A DNA stretch of 32,000 nucleotides from Zymomonas mobilis subsp. mobilis ATCC 10988 (lineage in GTDB: Bacteria; Pseudomonadota; Alphaproteobacteria; Sphingomonadales; Sphingomonadaceae), in assembly GCF_000175255.2 (NCBI RefSeq), contig NC_017262.1, positions 1,950,001 to 1,982,000 on the forward strand, given 5' to 3'. The position numbers and the translations under genes are program-made. Each line of letters opens with the position of its first letter. Position 1 is the stretch's first letter. The notes beneath the pieces were generated by a model. It saw only the letters and a list, made by a program, of their open reading frames with translations. It ran no database searches and had not been told where the DNA came from. Of this stretch, positions 29,412 to 32,000 are shown piece after piece.

Positions 29412-30425
29412 ATGATCGCCAAAGACTCTATAAAAAATAGAGCGACCAATGTCGCCGCGCAGGATGAAAAAGGTATGAAATCTGAAAATAATCGTTTTTG
29501 GTTAAAAGCAAGTTTATTGGCGGTTATGATTTCCTCTCCGGCGCTGGCATCCAAACATCACGCTTCGACTAAATCCAGCTCCCACTCTTCTTCTCATGCA
29601 GCAACGCTTCATCAGAAAAAGAGTGCTGCTTTCCATACCTCTTCCAGTCATTTTTCTTCGTCAAGCAAGACAGCTTCTTCAAAAACGGGTCACTTTTTTT
29701 TGGCGCAGCATCAAGGCGGTCGTTATGGCAGCCATTACGCTATGTCGCGCAACGCCTCCCGTTATGCCGTTGCTCATAGAAGTTTTTATCATGGCTTCCA
29801 GCCAATTTCGATTGACCCGTCGCTTCAGATGGTAAACGCCTCTCAGGAAGAACCCATCAATCGCGATAACCAGTATCATAAACTTTTCGTCTCATGGGCA
29901 AAGGCTGATACGGCACAAACGGAAAAAGCCGCTGTTGTGCCTTCTGCTACGCCGGTGAATTCCCGTTTCCTGCTGACCAGTCCTTTCGGGGTTCGTTCCG
30001 ATCCTTTCCACCGCCATGCCGCTATGCATGCGGGCGTTGATTTGGCCGCTCCTTACGGTACCCCCGTTTATGCCAGTGCTGATGGCGTTGTTGATCGGGC
30101 AGGGGGCGCTTCTGGTTATGGTAATCTGGTGGAAATCGACCACGGTCATATGATCCAGACCCGTTATGGCCATTTATCCCGTATTATGGTTCACGAAGGC
30201 CAAGCGATCAAACGCGGCGATCTTATCGCTTTAATGGGGTCAACGGGACGTTCCACGGGTAGCCATTTACATTACGAAGTCCGTATTCAGGGCGAAGCTG
30301 TTAATCCGGTGCCTTTTCTGGCTGTTGATTCCTATCATATGGCTATGCTGGATAATGTCTCTGCCGGTGCGCAGGGTGGACCTGAAAAAGACGTCAAGGA
30401 TGTCAAAGTCCATCATCATAAATAA
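29412..30425 (+). CDS. M23 family metallopeptidase with His/Ser-rich N-terminal linker
   Basis: LytM motifs MHAGVDLAAPYGTPVYASADG and GRSTGSHLHYEVRIQG; hydrophobic LLAVMISSPALA segment; low-complexity KSSSHSSSHAA region. Confidence 0.92.
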   Translation: MIAKDSIKNRATNVAAQDEKGMKSENNRFWLKASLLAVMISSPALASKHHASTKSSSHSSSHAATLHQKKSAAFHTSSSHFSSSSKTASSKTGHFFLAQHQGGRYGSHYAMSRNASRYAVAHRSFYHGFQPISIDPSLQMVNASQEEPINRDNQYHKLFVSWAKADTAQTEKAAVVPSATPVNSRFLLTSPFGVRSDPFHRHAAMHAGVDLAAPYGTPVYASADGVVDRAGGASGYGNLVEIDHGHMIQTRYGHLSRIMVHEGQAIKRGDLIALMGSTGRSTGSHLHYEVRIQGEAVNPVPFLAVDSYHMAMLDNVSAGAQGGPEKDVKDVKVHHHK

Positions 30426-30516
30426 TCGAAAATGGATATCGCTAAGATCGAAAATCACTTTCAATAGCCTTGTCATGACAGCTTGTCTGTCATGATTTCC
30501 GGCTTATTTTAAAGAA

Positions 30517-30864
30517 ATGACAAACAACCCAACCGACAAAGCAGCGATTATTTTCAGCCCAGAAGCCGCAGAACGCGTTGCGGAAATCGCTCATCAGCAA
30601 AAAAAGCCCGCCATATTACGCTTATCCGTAGAAGGCGGAGGATGCTCCGGTTTCCGTTATCAGTATAATTTGGCTGATAAACCAGAAGCTGATGATTATC
30701 AGGCACCGCAAGGTGACTCTCTGCTTATCGTCGATCCTGTCAGCTTTGATCTTTTGGCAGGTGCCACCGTCAATTTTGTAAAATCTATCAATGGTGCAGC
30801 TTTTCAAATCGACAATCCTAATGCCGTTTCCGGTTGTGGTTGTGGCTCCAGTTTTTCGATCTAA
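30517..30864 (+). CDS. erpA: Iron-sulfur cluster insertion protein, HesB/IscA/ErpA family
   Basis: LRLSVEGGGCSGFRYQYNL, FQIDNPNAVSGCGCGSSFSI, the three conserved cysteines of A-type carriers. Confidence 0.9.
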   Translation: MTNNPTDKAAIIFSPEAAERVAEIAHQQKKPAILRLSVEGGGCSGFRYQYNLADKPEADDYQAPQGDSLLIVDPVSFDLLAGATVNFVKSINGAAFQIDNPNAVSGCGCGSSFSI

Positions 30865-31649
30865 TGCGCAAGATTGCTAGCTTTAATGTAAACGGTATCA
30901 ATGCTCGTTTACCCCGATTGATAGAATGGCTTGAAAAATTTCAGCCCGATATTCTCTGTCTGCAAGAATTAAAATCGGATGATGCCCGTTTTCCTCAAGA
31001 AGAAATTGAAAAAACGGGATATTACTGCCTGTATCACGGACAAAAAGCCTATAATGGCGTCGCTATTCTTTCAAAAGAACAGCCTAAACTTATCAGAACA
31101 AGCCTTCCTGACGATCCTGACCCGACACAATCACGCTATATTGAGGCCGCGATTGATAATTTAACGGTCTCCAGTCTTTATCTTCCGAATGGCAACCCAC
31201 TCAACAGCTCCAAATATGACTATAAATTGGCATGGTTCAAAGCCTTTTTGGCACATGCCCGTTCTTTATGGCAGCAAGAAAAATCGGTTATTCTTGCTGG
31301 CGATTATAATGTCGTGCCGTCTTTCGATATAAAAGATATTCGGAATGCTGCCGCGCTTGCCGATAATGCGCTGTTAGCCCCCGACAGCCTTTTTTATTGG
31401 CGGCAATTATTGGCCATGGGATGGACAGATAGCTTGCGTGTCCGCCACCCATCTGAACCTCTTTACAGTTTTTGGGATTATCAGGCACAAAGCTGGCCGC
31501 GCGATGACGGTATGCGGATCGACCATATTTTGCTTACGCCTGATTTGGCCGATGGCTTGACCGATTCTGGTGTCGATCGCCAGATGCGAGGGCAAGAAAA
31601 GGCCAGCGACCACGCCCCCGTCTGGATAGAAATTGACGATAAAAAATAA
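30864..31649 (+). CDS. xthA: Exodeoxyribonuclease III
   Basis: MRKIASFNVNGINARLPRLIEWLEKFQPDILCLQELKSDD, GDYNVVPSFDIKD, LRVRHPSEPLYSFWDYQ, MRIDHILLTPDL, SDHAPVWIEI. Its start overlaps the previous stop by 1 nt. Confidence 0.95.
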   Translation: MRKIASFNVNGINARLPRLIEWLEKFQPDILCLQELKSDDARFPQEEIEKTGYYCLYHGQKAYNGVAILSKEQPKLIRTSLPDDPDPTQSRYIEAAIDNLTVSSLYLPNGNPLNSSKYDYKLAWFKAFLAHARSLWQQEKSVILAGDYNVVPSFDIKDIRNAAALADNALLAPDSLFYWRQLLAMGWTDSLRVRHPSEPLYSFWDYQAQSWPRDDGMRIDHILLTPDLADGLTDSGVDRQMRGQEKASDHAPVWIEIDDKK

Positions 31650-31727
31650 TCGTCGAGAAATTACTGTTTTCTAGGAAAATCTTTCTTATCCCCTGACAAT
31701 CGGTCGGGTGGATAAGAAAGATTTGTT

Positions 31728-32000
31728 TTAAATACTTTTGCTATAAATACGGTAAATGCGGTTCACTTCACTTTTAATCGCCGTTGCAATCGACCGCATT
31801 CCCTGATTATTATCCAAAATCCAGCCAATTTCGCCTCTGGTCGCGCCAAAGTCTTTTACTGAATTACGCCGGATATATTCAATCATCATAAAGGCCATCT
31901 GCCCAGCCAAACGCGAGGCTTGAAATTTTTTTCTGACCCCCATCAAAGGCACGCGCATCGTTCTTACTTTAGGATGTCGGAGCCACCACAACATTTTAAC
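31728..32000 (-). CDS. C-terminal part of a GNAT-like N-acetyltransferase-family protein, N-terminus beyond window
   Basis: Frame is open to the window edge. MRVPLMGVRKKFQASRLAGQMAFMMIEYIRR...GEIGWILDNNQGMRSIATAIKSEVNRIYRIYSKSI resembles the conserved C-terminus (RVPLMGV..., WILEDN, YRIYEK) of an alphaproteobacterial GNAT-like family. Confidence 0.65.
   Translation of the reverse strand, partial: VKMLWWLRHPKVRTMRVPLMGVRKKFQASRLAGQMAFMMIEYIRRNSVKDFGATRGEIGWILDNNQGMRSIATAIKSEVNRIYRIYSKSI

Noticed and set aside
1-32000. CRISPR arrays, toxin-antitoxin pairs, phage genes, transposases, retrons or other defence-like cassettes
   Set aside because: No regularly spaced repeats, no integrase/transposase/reverse transcriptase motifs and no tRNA-anchored boundaries were seen. 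Nearly all sequence is explained by housekeeping-type genes.

Overview
The window looks like ordinary chromosomal sequence from an alphaproteobacterium, probably Zymomonas mobilis or a close sphingomonad relative. That assignment is an inference from protein style and gene order. About 25 coding regions can be assigned: a truncated NodT-type outer membrane efflux protein, a diacylglycerol-kinase-like protein, a short RadC/JAMM protein, a ThiE-like protein, ClpB, two tandem M16 peptidases, PurK/PurE, UbiA, a DEAD-box helicase, an Nfu-like protein followed by TsaB and RimI, a MucR/Ros regulator, Fur, Bfr, an inositol-monophosphatase-family protein, an S9 peptidase, Asd, an alpha/beta hydrolase, PhyR, an EcfG-type sigma factor, an M23 peptidase, an ErpA-like protein, exonuclease III and the C-terminal part of a GNAT-like protein. 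The supplied ORF track misses a 57-aa bacterioferritin-associated ferredoxin (bfd) with a 16/19 Fur box upstream, and does not reveal a frameshifted L,D-transpeptidase remnant after ubiA. A near-consensus sigma-32 promoter lies upstream of clpB. I found no CRISPR array, no rRNA or tRNA gene, no transposase and no convincing undescribed defence or mobile system. The findings below are modest leads.
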